Assembly (NCBI GenBank): GCA_051745145.1
Contig: JBNJDT010000004.1
Location: forward strand, 1-64,000
Direction: 5' to 3'
From: Elusimicrobiota bacterium
GTDB taxonomy: Bacteria; CG03; SLGR01; JAGXOG01
Length of the DNA: 64,000 nt
The position numbers were made by a program, and so were the translations under genes. Shown here one piece after another: positions 1 through 11,128 of the stretch; position 1 is the stretch's first letter; each line of letters begins with the position of its first letter. The notes beneath the pieces were generated by a model. It saw only the letters and a program-made list of their open reading frames with translations, did not search any database and was not told the origin of the DNA.

Positions 1-230
1 TTTCCCACAGCGGTCCGGTTATTTACCGGGATTTGGAAAGCGGCGGTAAAATAAAGACCCGGCCTGAAGTTATACGCCGGGAATATAAAAAGAAGTTTAA
101 AAAATATCTTCAGACCCTGGAAAAAGGATTGGGGGCCCACCAGATAAACTATTACCGTTTTTATACCGATCTGGAGTTGGATAAGGCATTTACCAGATTT
201 ATGGAGAAAAGAAAAAAGATAATATCATGA
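1..230 (+). CDS. DUF58-family protein, C-terminal fragment (gene starts before the window)
   Basis: The frame is open from the window edge and ends in ...IRREYKKKF...INYYRFYTDLELDKAF, resembling DUF58 C-termini. Its TGA overlaps the ATG of a BatA-domain gene (ATGA), the usual MoxR-DUF58-BatA order. Confidence 0.65.
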   Translation, partial: SHSGPVIYRDLESGGKIKTRPEVIRREYKKKFKKYLQTLEKGLGAHQINYYRFYTDLELDKAFTRFMEKRKKIIS

Positions 231-2290
231 CATTTTTGAATTCTTTTTTTTTATGGTTTCTCCCGGCGGCTTTAATTCCGGTTATTCTTCACCTGATAAA
301 TCGCCCCAGAGTAAAGGAAATTGATTTTCCCACAATTAAATTTCTTATGCCGGCCTCTAAAAAAGTCCTGCGTAAATTTAAATTATTGCAGTGGTTACTT
401 TTATTGTTAAGAATACTTATTATTTTATTTTTGACGTTTGCTTTTTCCAGACCTGTATTTGAAGGGTATAGAAAAGAGGATGATTTTGTGGAGTTTAATG
501 TTTTACTTATAGATAATTCTTACAGTATGAGTTATAAAAGAGGCCGCCAAACAGCTTTGAAAAAAGCTAAAGAATTGGCTATAAAATTGACCGAAAAAAC
601 CGAAGGAGAATTTGCAGTAGGTACTGTAAATGACGGTCTTTCCAATATAGATGATTTTAAATCCAATAAATCCAAGATAAGACGGGATATAGAAGAAGTA
701 AATGTTTCATATTTTAATACCGATATAATAAAAAGCGTAAATAATACCGCTGAGTTTGCAAGGGATCGACTTCCTGAAAATTCTGGTTACAATATTTTTC
801 TTTTTTCCGACTTTAATAAAGATGGATTTACCGGTAGTGAATTTGAATATCCGGCCCAGTTATCCGACATAAAATTTATGATGGTTGATGTTGTGGACGG
901 CAATAAAAATATTTTTACAGGGATACCGGATACCATAACCGGATTCACCGGGATACCGGTGGATTTAAAAACTTCAGTTTATTCTCCTCACAGTACTGAG
1001 GGCACTTTAGAGGTAGTTATAAATAATAACAGTATAAATAAGTCGGTCTTTCAGATAAATAAAAATAATTCTGAACTACTCGCAAAAGAAGAAATTTCTT
1101 TTAGAAATAACTTTGACCGCCCGGGAAATTATCCGGCAAAATTTTCCCTTGCGGGCCGCCGGGAACTGGACAGCATTAAGATGGACAATACGGCATATTT
1201 TAACGCGGAGATTAAACCGAAAATCAGAGCTTTAATAGTTGATGGTTCTCCCGGATATACAATTATGGATTCGGAAAGTTATTTTTTTACCCGGGCTCTG
1301 GATCCCGGAAACTATTCCGGTCCGATAAAATACAGGGTAGTCACCCACCGGGAATTTGAGGATATAGATGTTATGAAGTATGATCAGGTCTTTTTGTTGA
1401 ACACAACTTTATCTGAAAATTCATATAATAAAATATTAGACTATTCCCAGCGGGGCGGGGCAGTGGGTATATTTGCGGGAGAAAATTTAAATTTTACTGT
1501 TTACAGCGAGTTGATAAAATCTTTAATGCCTGTAAATCTTTTATCAGATGAACCGGAAATTTTAATTTCTGAAAATAATGAAGTTAGAGAAAATAAGAAT
1601 CTTAATATAGAGGCAACTGGCAAATTTAAATCCATATTTAAAGAGAACAGACCGAATCCGGGTATTGCAAAAGTTTTACGTACTCAGTCAATGGGGGATT
1701 TTAAACCAGCCTTAAAAATAGGCGAATTCCCGTTACTGTGGATGTATACCGATACCCGGTCTAATACAGCTTTTTTTACTTCTGCTGCCAGCGCCCGTTG
1801 GGGCCAGCTACCGCTTAAAGCGCCGTACCCGGCATTTATTAATCTTTTAATAAAAGAATTGGCTGCGGGAAAAAATGATCGAGAGAAGGGACAGTATAAA
1901 GTCGGAGATATTCTTGATATAGATTCTGACAAAACCGGCAGGATTAAAATTCAGTCGGAAGAGCCGGAGGATAAAATTGATATGGCCCGGGAAAAGTTAC
2001 CTCTGGCTACTGTGCCGGGTAATTATATAACAGAAGAAAAAGTAATTCCGGTAAATTTAGATTTAACAAGCGGTGAATCAGAGCTTAAAAAAATGGATGA
2101 ACAGAAAATAAAAAATTTATTTGAAAAAGGGGATAGAATATTTTATATACCTTATTCGGAAGACATATATAAAGATATAGTCCGGATTATAACTGGCGAG
2201 GAAAAGAGCTTTACTTTTTTGATGTTTGCTTTTGCGTTACTGATTGCCGAAGAGATATTGAGAAAATATCTTCAGACTGTGCAAAAATAA
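227..2290 (+). CDS. BatA N-terminal domain / vWA-domain membrane protein
   Basis: N-terminal MTFLN..LIPVILHLINR..FPT..FL..LLLLLR double-TM BatA motif, vWA MIDAS-like DNSYSM, C-terminal TM helix. Confidence 0.85.
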   Translation: MTFLNSFFLWFLPAALIPVILHLINRPRVKEIDFPTIKFLMPASKKVLRKFKLLQWLLLLLRILIILFLTFAFSRPVFEGYRKEDDFVEFNVLLIDNSYSMSYKRGRQTALKKAKELAIKLTEKTEGEFAVGTVNDGLSNIDDFKSNKSKIRRDIEEVNVSYFNTDIIKSVNNTAEFARDRLPENSGYNIFLFSDFNKDGFTGSEFEYPAQLSDIKFMMVDVVDGNKNIFTGIPDTITGFTGIPVDLKTSVYSPHSTEGTLEVVINNNSINKSVFQINKNNSELLAKEEISFRNNFDRPGNYPAKFSLAGRRELDSIKMDNTAYFNAEIKPKIRALIVDGSPGYTIMDSESYFFTRALDPGNYSGPIKYRVVTHREFEDIDVMKYDQVFLLNTTLSENSYNKILDYSQRGGAVGIFAGENLNFTVYSELIKSLMPVNLLSDEPEILISENNEVRENKNLNIEATGKFKSIFKENRPNPGIAKVLRTQSMGDFKPALKIGEFPLLWMYTDTRSNTAFFTSAASARWGQLPLKAPYPAFINLLIKELAAGKNDREKGQYKVGDILDIDSDKTGRIKIQSEEPEDKIDMAREKLPLATVPGNYITEEKVIPVNLDLTSGESELKKMDEQKIKNLFEKGDRIFYIPYSEDIYKDIVRIITGEEKSFTFLMFAFALLIAEEILRKYLQTVQK

Positions 2291-2319
2291 ATTTTCTTTT
2301 AAAAAATGAAAAGTAGAGG

Positions 2320-2347
2320 TTGCGTATATTCAATAAATTAGTATAAT
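2320..2347 (+). promoter_or_regulatory. putative sigma70 promoter of ispH-rpsA
   Basis: TTGCGT (2320-2325), 16-nt spacer, TATAAT (2342-2347). Confidence 0.5.
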
Positions 2348-2355
2348 TCAAAGGC

Positions 2356-3219
2356 ATGGCTAAAGTAAATATATTAAAAGGTAATTCTTGTGGATTTTGT
2401 TCCGGAGTGAGAAGAGCTATTAAAATAGCTAAAGCTGAGAAGGGACAAAAATCGATTTTTACTCTTGGACCAATTATTCATAATCCCCAGGTTGTTGAAA
2501 ATTTAGAGAAAAATAATATAATACCTATAGATAATCTTAAAGATATTAATGATCAGGATACTGTTTTAATACGAAGTCACGGTGTTTCTCTAGAAAAAGA
2601 GCGAGAAATACGCAGACGTAGTTTAAACATGAAGGATGCGACTTGCCCGAATGTGAAAAGGGCTCACCGGATAAGCAGAGAACTTAGAAAAAGAGCGGAC
2701 AGAGTATTTATTGCCGGTATAGAGTCCCATCCGGAAGTTAAGGGAATAGTATCCCGGGCTAAAGGAAAAAGTACAGTAATAACCTCACCGGAAAAAGCCA
2801 GAAAAATAAAGAAATTTAAATCCGGCGGGTTACTTGCGCAGACAACTTTTAAAAGAAAAGAATTTTTTAAAATTGCCGATATTTTAGTTCGAAAAGCGGA
2901 AAAAATGCTGGAAGTTCACAATACTATATGTAAAGAAACTCTCATCCGGCAGAAAGAGCTTAAAAGTCTGGCTGATAAAGTGGATATTTTAATAGTTATA
3001 GGGGGTAAAAATAGTTCTAATACAAAGAGATTACATGAGTTAGGTAAAGAACGGGTAGAATCCCACCACGTGGAAGTACCTGAGGATATTGACAAGAACT
3101 GGTTTGTCAATAAATCCAAAGTGGGAATAATTACCGGCGCTTCGACTCCGATAATTATGGTAGAAAAGGTAGAAAATGAAATAAAAAAGTTAATCAACGG
3201 ACACGGTCCGGAACAATAA
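2356..3219 (+). CDS. ispH: 4-hydroxy-3-methylbut-2-enyl diphosphate reductase
   Basis: GFCSGV, IIHNP, RSHG, DATCP, NTIC, GGKNSSNT and GASTP motifs. Confidence 0.97.
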   Translation: MAKVNILKGNSCGFCSGVRRAIKIAKAEKGQKSIFTLGPIIHNPQVVENLEKNNIIPIDNLKDINDQDTVLIRSHGVSLEKEREIRRRSLNMKDATCPNVKRAHRISRELRKRADRVFIAGIESHPEVKGIVSRAKGKSTVITSPEKARKIKKFKSGGLLAQTTFKRKEFFKIADILVRKAEKMLEVHNTICKETLIRQKELKSLADKVDILIVIGGKNSSNTKRLHELGKERVESHHVEVPEDIDKNWFVNKSKVGIITGASTPIIMVEKVENEIKKLINGHGPEQ

Positions 3220-3234
3220 TAAAAGAGGTAAAGT

Positions 3235-4914
3235 ATGGTAGAAGAAAAAATTAGTATGGAAGATGTTGTTAAGCAGGTTGAAGAAGTTCAAAAGGACAAC
3301 ATTGTTAGCGGTACAGTGCTTGATATAGATGAAGATGAAGGAGAAGTACTGGTTGACATAGGACATAAACAGGAAGGACTTGTAAATCTGGATGAATTTG
3401 ATGAGGATATAAATGTGGGGGATGAGGTTGAAGTATATATTGTAAATATAAGACGCCATTACGAAGAACTCATTAAACTTTCTCATTCAAAGGCCAAATT
3501 AGAGAAAAAGTTTAATGAACTGGAAAAAAGTTATGAGGATGACCTGGTAATAGATGCCCATATAGAAAAAAGAGTTAAAGGGGGATTGATTGTCGATATT
3601 TTAAACGGAGTTAAAGCATTTATGCCGGCATCACTGGCCGGGTATCCGATGGTTAAAAATCTGGACTCAGTAGTGGGTAAGACTGTCCCATGTAAAATTA
3701 TAGAATTCAATAAATATCAGAAAAATATTATAGTTTCCTGGAAAAAAGCAGTAGAAGAAGATGTAAGAAGAAAAAGAGAAGAACTATTTGAGCAGCTGTA
3801 TCCGGGTAAATTAATTAAAGGAACAGTCTCGGGAATAAAAAGTTTCGGCGCCTTTATAAATTTAGGGGGAATTGACGGTCTTTTACATATAAGTGAACTT
3901 TCCTGGGGGCATGTGGATAAAGTAGAGGACGTTTTAGAAAAAGGCGAGGAAGTAGAAGTCAAAGTTAAGAGTTTTGATCCTAAATCAAACCGTATAGCTT
4001 TGAGTTTAAAAGAGACCAAACCGCATCCCTGGGAAAATATAGAAGAAAAATATGATGTGGGGCAGGTAGTTGAAGGCAGTGTTACGGGAGTTACCAGCTA
4101 TGGAGCTTTTGTAAAACTGGAAGAAGGGGTAGAAGGTCTGGTTAGAATCGAAGAAATATCCTGGACCGATAAAGTAAATCATGCCGGGGATAAGCTTGAA
4201 AAGGGCGAACAGGTAGATGTAAAAATTCTTTCCATAGAACCCGAAAGCAAGAGAATAGCTTTGAGTATAAAACAGGCTAAGCCAAATCCCTGGGAGGAAG
4301 TGGCAGAAAAATATAATGTGGGAAATGTCATCGAAGGCGAAATAACTCACCTGACTAATTTTGGCGCGTTTATGATGTTAAAAGAAGGTGTGGAAGGGCT
4401 GATACATATTTCTGATATGTCTTGGAAAGAAAATATCGGACACCCATCCGAAGTAGTGGAAGTCGGGGATGAAGTTGAGGTCAAAATTTTGGGAATAGAT
4501 ATAGATAAACAAAAAATATCACTTGGCCTTAAACAGTTAGAAGACAATCCCTACAATGACTATCCTAAAGGTACTGTAGTTGAAAATTGTGATATACAGA
4601 GGGTTCAGCGGTCCGGCGCGTATGTACAGCTGGATAACGGTTTAGAAGCTTATCTACATATATCGAATTATTCTAAAGAACGGATTGATGATTTAAGAGA
4701 TCACCTGGAAGAAGGCGATAAGATTGATGCCTGCAAGGTAGTTAAGTGCAACCCCAGAAAAGATCAATTAGAAGTAAGCATTAAGAAACTTATACTGGAT
4801 AATGAAAAAGAAGAAATGGAAAAATATATTGATTCACCCGGGGATTCCGGAGCTAAGTTGAGAGATGTTCTGGGCGATAAATTAAGCGGTATAATGGATG
4901 ACGATAATGAATAA
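3235..4914 (+). CDS. rpsA: 30S ribosomal protein S1
   Basis: Six S1/OB repeats (FGAFI..GLLHISELSW etc.); SD AGAGG upstream. Confidence 0.96.
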   Translation: MVEEKISMEDVVKQVEEVQKDNIVSGTVLDIDEDEGEVLVDIGHKQEGLVNLDEFDEDINVGDEVEVYIVNIRRHYEELIKLSHSKAKLEKKFNELEKSYEDDLVIDAHIEKRVKGGLIVDILNGVKAFMPASLAGYPMVKNLDSVVGKTVPCKIIEFNKYQKNIIVSWKKAVEEDVRRKREELFEQLYPGKLIKGTVSGIKSFGAFINLGGIDGLLHISELSWGHVDKVEDVLEKGEEVEVKVKSFDPKSNRIALSLKETKPHPWENIEEKYDVGQVVEGSVTGVTSYGAFVKLEEGVEGLVRIEEISWTDKVNHAGDKLEKGEQVDVKILSIEPESKRIALSIKQAKPNPWEEVAEKYNVGNVIEGEITHLTNFGAFMMLKEGVEGLIHISDMSWKENIGHPSEVVEVGDEVEVKILGIDIDKQKISLGLKQLEDNPYNDYPKGTVVENCDIQRVQRSGAYVQLDNGLEAYLHISNYSKERIDDLRDHLEEGDKIDACKVVKCNPRKDQLEVSIKKLILDNEKEEMEKYIDSPGDSGAKLRDVLGDKLSGIMDDDNE

Positions 4915-4925
4915 ACCTGGCTGAC

Positions 4926-7699
4926 ATGCGTAAATTCGTATTAATTATTTTTTTTTGTTTTTGCAGTGTAGTTTCCTGGATGCGTATCAAGTAAGAAATA
5001 AAAATTTTAACTGGGAAATAGCCGAAACTCCCAATTTAAAAGTATATCATTATACTGATAAAAACGATAATTTTGATTTAGTATCTATATTAAAAACTCT
5101 GGAGTACACCCACAGACATATATCTTCAAAATTAAATACAGTATTTGAAAAGAAGACCCCGGTTTTTATCTATAAGACTCACAATCATTTCAAACAAAAT
5201 AGAATAGCCGCCATAGGTGAAGGTACGGAAGGATTTTCGGAGTTATATAAATCCCGCTTGGTTTTACCTTTGCGTAATTCCAGTTATGATATGGAACATC
5301 TCATCGCTCACGAGTATACCCATATAACCCAGTTTGAGTTACTTTACGGTGGTTTTTGGCGATCCGCAAAATTAATAAAAGGTCTCAGCGGTCTTGTGCC
5401 TCTGTGGATAATGGAGGGTCAGGCTGAACATATATCCCATAATATCTTAGATCGGGATTGGTCGGCGTATGACAGAATGATCTTAAGAGATGCTGTTTTA
5501 TACGATTATTTATATAATTTCAGGGAACTGCAGAATTTTAATCCCCTTTTCAAAGATATATATCTTGGATATAAACAGGGCCATTCAGCAATCGATTATT
5601 TGGTTGAGGAAGAGGGCCCGGAAGTTAATTTTAAATTATTAAAATCCCTTCGAAATAATGTTGATCCTGTAATGGCTTTTGAAAAAGCAACTGAGAATTT
5701 CGCATCATTAAGAGATTTTAATTTAAAATGGAAAGAAAATCTCACAAAAGAAGTAAGAGAGTTTGTAAGCGATAAAAAGAAAGCTGAAGATATTTATGAT
5801 ACGAAGATTGATAATAATAAATACGATGTACGTAATCCTGTAGCTTCAGGCAAAGAACAGTTTTTTTATGTCAGTGATGTATGGGGCCCTTCGGAAATTT
5901 ATAAATATACCAAAGACGGCAAAAAAGAAAAGGTACTTCAAAATTTTTTTGGATCGCAGGTAGACAGGTTAGTTACGGGAAGAAGATATGATAAAATAAT
6001 TGATTTTAATTCATCCTCAAAAATTCTTTCCTTTTTTGCCGCCCGGAACAATAAAAATTATCTTTTTTTATATCATACGGATAGTCAAGAATTGGAGAAG
6101 CTCAGTTTTACGAATTTATCGGAAATGCGGTCCCCCGCTTTAAATAAAGACGGCGACAAAATAGTGTTTACTGCTTTTAAAGATGGGAAACGGGATATTT
6201 TTATATATGATATAGCTGCCCGGAATTTAGTCCAGGTTACTAATGATAAGTATATGGATTATGGACCTGTTTTCAAAAATTCCGATCAAAAATTACTTGT
6301 TTCTACAGAGAGGGATTATAATACGGATCTAAGAGAAATAAAAATTGAAACCGGAGTCGGAGAATGGCTTACAGAAACGCCCCACAATGAGATACAGCCG
6401 GTTATCGGTCCGGGAAAAAATATTTATTATTCTTCCGATAAAAATTCTGTTTTTAATATATATGTATACGGTAACAACGGTTCGACCCAAACGGCAATTA
6501 GTGATGTTTCCGGGGGCTTATTTTATCCGGAAATATTAAATGAAGAAGAAATTTTATTTTCCAGTTATTTTGATAGAAGCTATAAGCTCCAGAGCAGTTC
6601 TATACCTGACCGGAAAAGTACTCACCTCTCATCTTACCGGTATTATGATTCTGTTGAGGCTGCCGGGGATTTTAAAATAAATGATATTGATTACTATCCG
6701 CCGGAATTTAATTATTCTACAGATCTATTTTTACCCAGTTTTCTCTATTCTACGGAAGTGGGATTTTTAGGAGGAGGATATTATAGGGGTTCCGATATGT
6801 TAGGCCATCACAACTTTGATGCATACGGGTGGGCGTGGACCGGTGCCTATGAAGTTAGCGGCCAGTATGTTTTAAAAAAATGGCGCCCGGATATATTCTT
6901 GTCCGTTCTTTCGGATGAACAAAAATATGCTTTTAAAAATGCAGCTGAGGAATTGGAAATTGAGAGGGAAAAACGGTTGCGGGGAACTTTAGGGTATTCC
7001 TACCCTCTAAATTCTAATCTTTCTCTATCAAATTGGTTTCAAATAGAGGATAAAAATATAGAAAATATTACTAATGATAATACTTATGTCAATTACACCG
7101 ATACGGGACTGGGAGTGGGATTAACTCGAAATACCAGTATGCTCGAACCTTTTAAAGTTTATCGAGGAAGTATTATGGATTTTTCTATGTTAGCTTCCGG
7201 AAAATGGAGTAAAACAGATTTGAAGTATAATAAGTACCAAACTAATGTGAGAAAATATTTGCCATTATCCCATAAGTTTATTTGGGCAACAAAATTTAAT
7301 TATTCTGGAAATAGTGGTCCTGACGCAGGTAAATTTAATCTTAACTTAAAGGGATATGATAGAAAAAAAGACCAGGGAGAAAATCGCACAGCGGTTACTA
7401 CAGAATTAAGGTATATGGTTTTTCCGGATTTAAACTGGCATTTTTATTTTATGTGGCCTGACATTAATATTTATAGCTTATCAGTAAAAGCTTTTTCCGA
7501 AGTCGGGAATTGCTGGGATAATTCCGATTTTATGGATCCTAAAAATGACTGGGCAAAATCTTTAGGAATAGGCGTGAAGTTAAATATATATTTATTACAG
7601 CAGACCCCGGTATATTTAAATATAGATTATGCCCGTCCCTATGCAAACCGAAGCTGGAAAACTTATGTGACTTTTTCTTCAGGTTATGTTACCTGGTAG
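4926..7699 (+). CDS. outer-membrane protein: HEXXH peptidase (MA-like) + TolB/PD40 propeller + BamA/Omp85-like barrel; 5' end frameshifted at a T9 tract
   Basis: AHEYTH and WIMEG metallopeptidase motifs, SPALNKDGDKIVF / DYGPVF PD40-like repeats, aromatic C-terminal barrel ending in W. The ATG at 4926 is one base out of frame with the main ORF (4955-7699). Confidence 0.75.
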
Positions 7700-7784
7700 A
7701 TATAGTTAAAGAAAAATAATTTAAGTAAAATATAAATTTATAAAGACATTTGTGTAAAAGTTTATCATTTAGGAGAGTATTTAT

Positions 7785-9419
7785 ATGAATTCACTTATTG
7801 TTGCAGTTTTGGGAATAGTTGTTTTGACCGCCGGATATCTATTTTATGGGAATGTAATAAAAAATCTGTGGGATATAGATGAAAAAAGACCTACTCCCGC
7901 TCATACCCAGAAAGACGGTGTGGATTATATTCCTGCAAAACACTGGACAGTCCTTTTTGGACACCATTTTGCTTCTATAGCCGGAGCCGGACCGATTCTC
8001 GGCCCGGTAATTGCCTGCTTATATTGGGGCTGGGCCGGTGCTGTTCTCTGGCTGCTTGTCGGGTCTATATTTATTGGTGCGGTTCACGATTTTTCTTCTC
8101 TTTTAATTTCAGTAAGGAATAAAGGTAAGTCGATAGCCTTTGTCTGCAAAGATATATTGGGGAAAAGAGCCAATATAGTATTTTCGGTATTTTTATGGTT
8201 ATCCCTGGTTCTGGTAGTGGCGGTATTCGGGGCGGTCGGTGGAGAGACCCTTGCCTCAAAACCCCAGATAGTTATACCGGCCATGGGGACAATTCCGGTA
8301 GCCATGCTGGTGGGGGTATTGTTATATAGAACCCGGCTGAATCAAATAACTTCAACAGGTATCGGTCTTGTGCTGTTAACCGGTCTTATAATCTGGGGCA
8401 GACAGCAGCCGGTTTATCTTAATATGTTTAAAAATCCCACTATGGCGTGGACGGTAATTTTATTTATATATGCATTTATAGCTTCTATTTTACCGGTAAA
8501 TATTCTTTTGCAGCCCAGGGACTATCTTTCAACTTTTTTACTTTTTATCGGACTTTTTGGGGGGTATATCGGACTTTTATTAACCAGACCTGAAATCAAT
8601 GCCCCGGCCTTTATAGAATTTTCTTCTGCCCGGCAGGGACCATTTTGGCCGATGATGTTTGTAGTAATTGCCTGCGGGGCTATAAGCGGATTTCATTCGG
8701 TTGTTGCATCGGGGACTACTGCCAAGCAGTTATCTTCAGAAAAAGATGCGAAAAGAATAGGGTTCGGGGGTATGATAACTGAAAGTGCGTTGTCAATTTT
8801 AGCTGTTCTGGCCGTTACCGCCGGACTTAAATGGTCGTCCGGGTCGGCGGCCGGTGGGATACCGGTTTATCCGGAAGTTATGAAAGAAAGTGGTTGGATA
8901 GTTGCTTTTAGCGAGGGCTTTGGACAGATAACTAAACCTCTACTGGGAGGATTTGGAGTTTTAATAGCGGCTACTATATTAAATGCTTTTATTATAACTA
9001 CACTTGATTCTGCTACCCGGATAACCCGCTATCTAACCGAGGAACTGTTTAAAATAAAAAATATGTTTTTATCCACTTCTATAATTATAGGCAGCGCTTT
9101 ATATTTGGCATTGGGTAATTATAAAAAAATATGGCCCATATTTGGCGCTTCCAACCAGCTGGTAGCAGCTCTTGCTCTTTTAGTTATTAGCTCCTATCTG
9201 TTATCGAAGAATAAGAAAACAGTATATACCATAATCCCGGCTATTTTTATGCTTATTACTTCCGGAGCAGGTTTAATATGGCAGTTAAATAATTTTATTA
9301 ACGACGAAAATTATATTCTTATAGTTATAGATGTTGTATTATTGGGGCTGGCTGCATACATATTTATTATAACTGTTTTATTTTACGCGGATAAATATAA
9401 GAAGAAGAAAAATGGCTGA
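7785..9419 (+). CDS. cstA: carbon starvation protein A (CstA-family peptide/pyruvate transporter)
   Basis: PTPAH..DGVDYIP, FGHHFASIAGAGPILGP, IACGAISGFHS, TTLDSATR; SD AGGAG. Confidence 0.93.
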   Translation: MNSLIVAVLGIVVLTAGYLFYGNVIKNLWDIDEKRPTPAHTQKDGVDYIPAKHWTVLFGHHFASIAGAGPILGPVIACLYWGWAGAVLWLLVGSIFIGAVHDFSSLLISVRNKGKSIAFVCKDILGKRANIVFSVFLWLSLVLVVAVFGAVGGETLASKPQIVIPAMGTIPVAMLVGVLLYRTRLNQITSTGIGLVLLTGLIIWGRQQPVYLNMFKNPTMAWTVILFIYAFIASILPVNILLQPRDYLSTFLLFIGLFGGYIGLLLTRPEINAPAFIEFSSARQGPFWPMMFVVIACGAISGFHSVVASGTTAKQLSSEKDAKRIGFGGMITESALSILAVLAVTAGLKWSSGSAAGGIPVYPEVMKESGWIVAFSEGFGQITKPLLGGFGVLIAATILNAFIITTLDSATRITRYLTEELFKIKNMFLSTSIIIGSALYLALGNYKKIWPIFGASNQLVAALALLVISSYLLSKNKKTVYTIIPAIFMLITSGAGLIWQLNNFINDENYILIVIDVVLLGLAAYIFIITVLFYADKYKKKKNG

Positions 9420-10977
9420 AAAAAAAATTATTGACAGTGGAACCACTGTAGTAAATAAAGCTTCTTCTTTTTCGGGGGGGACTATGATTTCCAGGATACT
9501 GGGATATATCCGGGATATGCTCATTGCCAAATTTTTTGGTGCCTCCATGGCCGCGGACGCATTTTTTGTAGCATACAAAATCCCCAATCTTTTGCGAAGA
9601 CTTTTGGGCGAGGGTTCGCTGTCCACTTCTTTTATACCGGTATATACTGAATATTTGACCAACCGAAGTAAAAAGGAGGCCCAAAAACTTGTTAAGGTGG
9701 TCTTTGGCGCTTTTGGAATTCTGTTTATAATACTTACTATTGCGGGTATAATATTTGCTCCTCAAATAGTTTCTTTTATGGCTCCCGGATTTGCTGACTC
9801 GCCCGACAAATTACAATTAACTGTATTGCTTACAAGAATAATGTTTCCTTTTTTAATGGCTATAGGATTGGGAGCTATAACCCTGGGAATTCTCAATTCG
9901 TGGAGAATATTTTTTATTCCTGCCGTCGCTCCTTCGATGCTGAGTATATCGGAGATACTTTTTATGCTTTTACTGACTCCGTTGCTGGAACCTCCGATTG
10001 CCGCTCTTGCCTGGGGGGTTGTGGTTGGAGGATTTGCCCAGTTTTTGGTGCAGGCCATTCCCATCATGAAAAAACATTCAATTTTTCCTATTATAGATTT
10101 AAAGCATCCGGGTTTAAGAAGAATAGGTAGGTTGATGCTCCCAGCCATTATAGGACTGGCTGTTTTTCAGATAAATACTGTAGTGGATACTATCTGTGCT
10201 ACATTGCTGCAGCCGGGAAGCGTGACCCATCTTTATTACGGAAACCGTCTTATGCAGCTGCCTCTGGCCTTGTTCGGGACAGCGGTAGCTACTGTTACAC
10301 TACCTATGATGTCAGAAAATGCGGCAAAGAAACAGATACAGAAACTTAAAAATACTTTTTCATTTTCATTGAGAGCAATCTCTTTTTTGATCTTACCTGC
10401 GGCAGTAGGATATATTATTTTTGGAGGACCAATAATAAAATTACTTTTTGAAAGGGGGGAATTTATGGCTTCGGATACTTCAGCGACGGCCTGGGTGCTT
10501 TCCTTTTATTCGTTTGGTCTTATATTTTATGCTGGAGTGAAAGTAGGGGTCAGTGCATTTCATTCCCAACAGGATACAAAAACACCGGTTATAATAGCTG
10601 CAGCTGCTATGCTGGTGAATGCCGGATTAAATATCTTAGTAGTTTTAGTCGAACCCATAAGAAGTTTTTTTGGGGCCGGGGGATTGGCTCTGTCAACTGC
10701 AATTGCTTCAGCGTTAAATTTTACGCTCTTAATTTTAATTTTCAGAAAAAGAAATGGATTGATAGGGGGCAGGAAAGTAACAAAATCTGTAATAAAACAT
10801 ATAGGTGCTTCTATTTTTCTGGGAATTACGATATACTATATAGCCGGATTTACAGAAGGATGGAATATTTTTATTAGAGTTCCCGGTGTAATTATTACGG
10901 GTGTCGGGGTATACTTAATGGCCTCCCATTTATTTAGGGCTCCGGAATTAAAGCAGGTTAAGAGTCTTTTCTCATAA
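9412..10977 (+). CDS. murJ: lipid II flippase MurJ (MviN)
   Basis: SRILGYIRD, ADAFFVAYKIPNLLRRLLGEG, NRLMQLP, multiple TM helices. Confidence 0.97.
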   Translation: MAEKKIIDSGTTVVNKASSFSGGTMISRILGYIRDMLIAKFFGASMAADAFFVAYKIPNLLRRLLGEGSLSTSFIPVYTEYLTNRSKKEAQKLVKVVFGAFGILFIILTIAGIIFAPQIVSFMAPGFADSPDKLQLTVLLTRIMFPFLMAIGLGAITLGILNSWRIFFIPAVAPSMLSISEILFMLLLTPLLEPPIAALAWGVVVGGFAQFLVQAIPIMKKHSIFPIIDLKHPGLRRIGRLMLPAIIGLAVFQINTVVDTICATLLQPGSVTHLYYGNRLMQLPLALFGTAVATVTLPMMSENAAKKQIQKLKNTFSFSLRAISFLILPAAVGYIIFGGPIIKLLFERGEFMASDTSATAWVLSFYSFGLIFYAGVKVGVSAFHSQQDTKTPVIIAAAAMLVNAGLNILVVLVEPIRSFFGAGGLALSTAIASALNFTLLILIFRKRNGLIGGRKVTKSVIKHIGASIFLGITIYYIAGFTEGWNIFIRVPGVIITGVGVYLMASHLFRAPELKQVKSLFS

Positions 10978-11017
10978 GATAGTAAATAAATCATTTAAAC
11001 AGGGGGTAAATAAGAAC

Positions 11018-11049
11018 TTGACGTAAATTTTATTATTATATAATATAAT
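11018..11049 (+). promoter_or_regulatory. putative sigma70 promoter
   Basis: TTGACG (11018-11023) followed by overlapping -10 candidates: TAATAT at 17-nt spacing, TATAAT at 15 and 20. Confidence 0.55.
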
Positions 11050-11128
11050 AATTAAGAAAATAGAATTATGGTTTTTATATTGTTATAAAAAGCAGTATAA
11101 AATATGTTGAAAGTAATCAGGAGGAAAA

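Noticed and set aside
920..960. Short GGATACCGG repeats in the BatA gene
   Set aside because: They encode TGIP twice within an ORF; no spacer structure, so not a CRISPR or VNTR.
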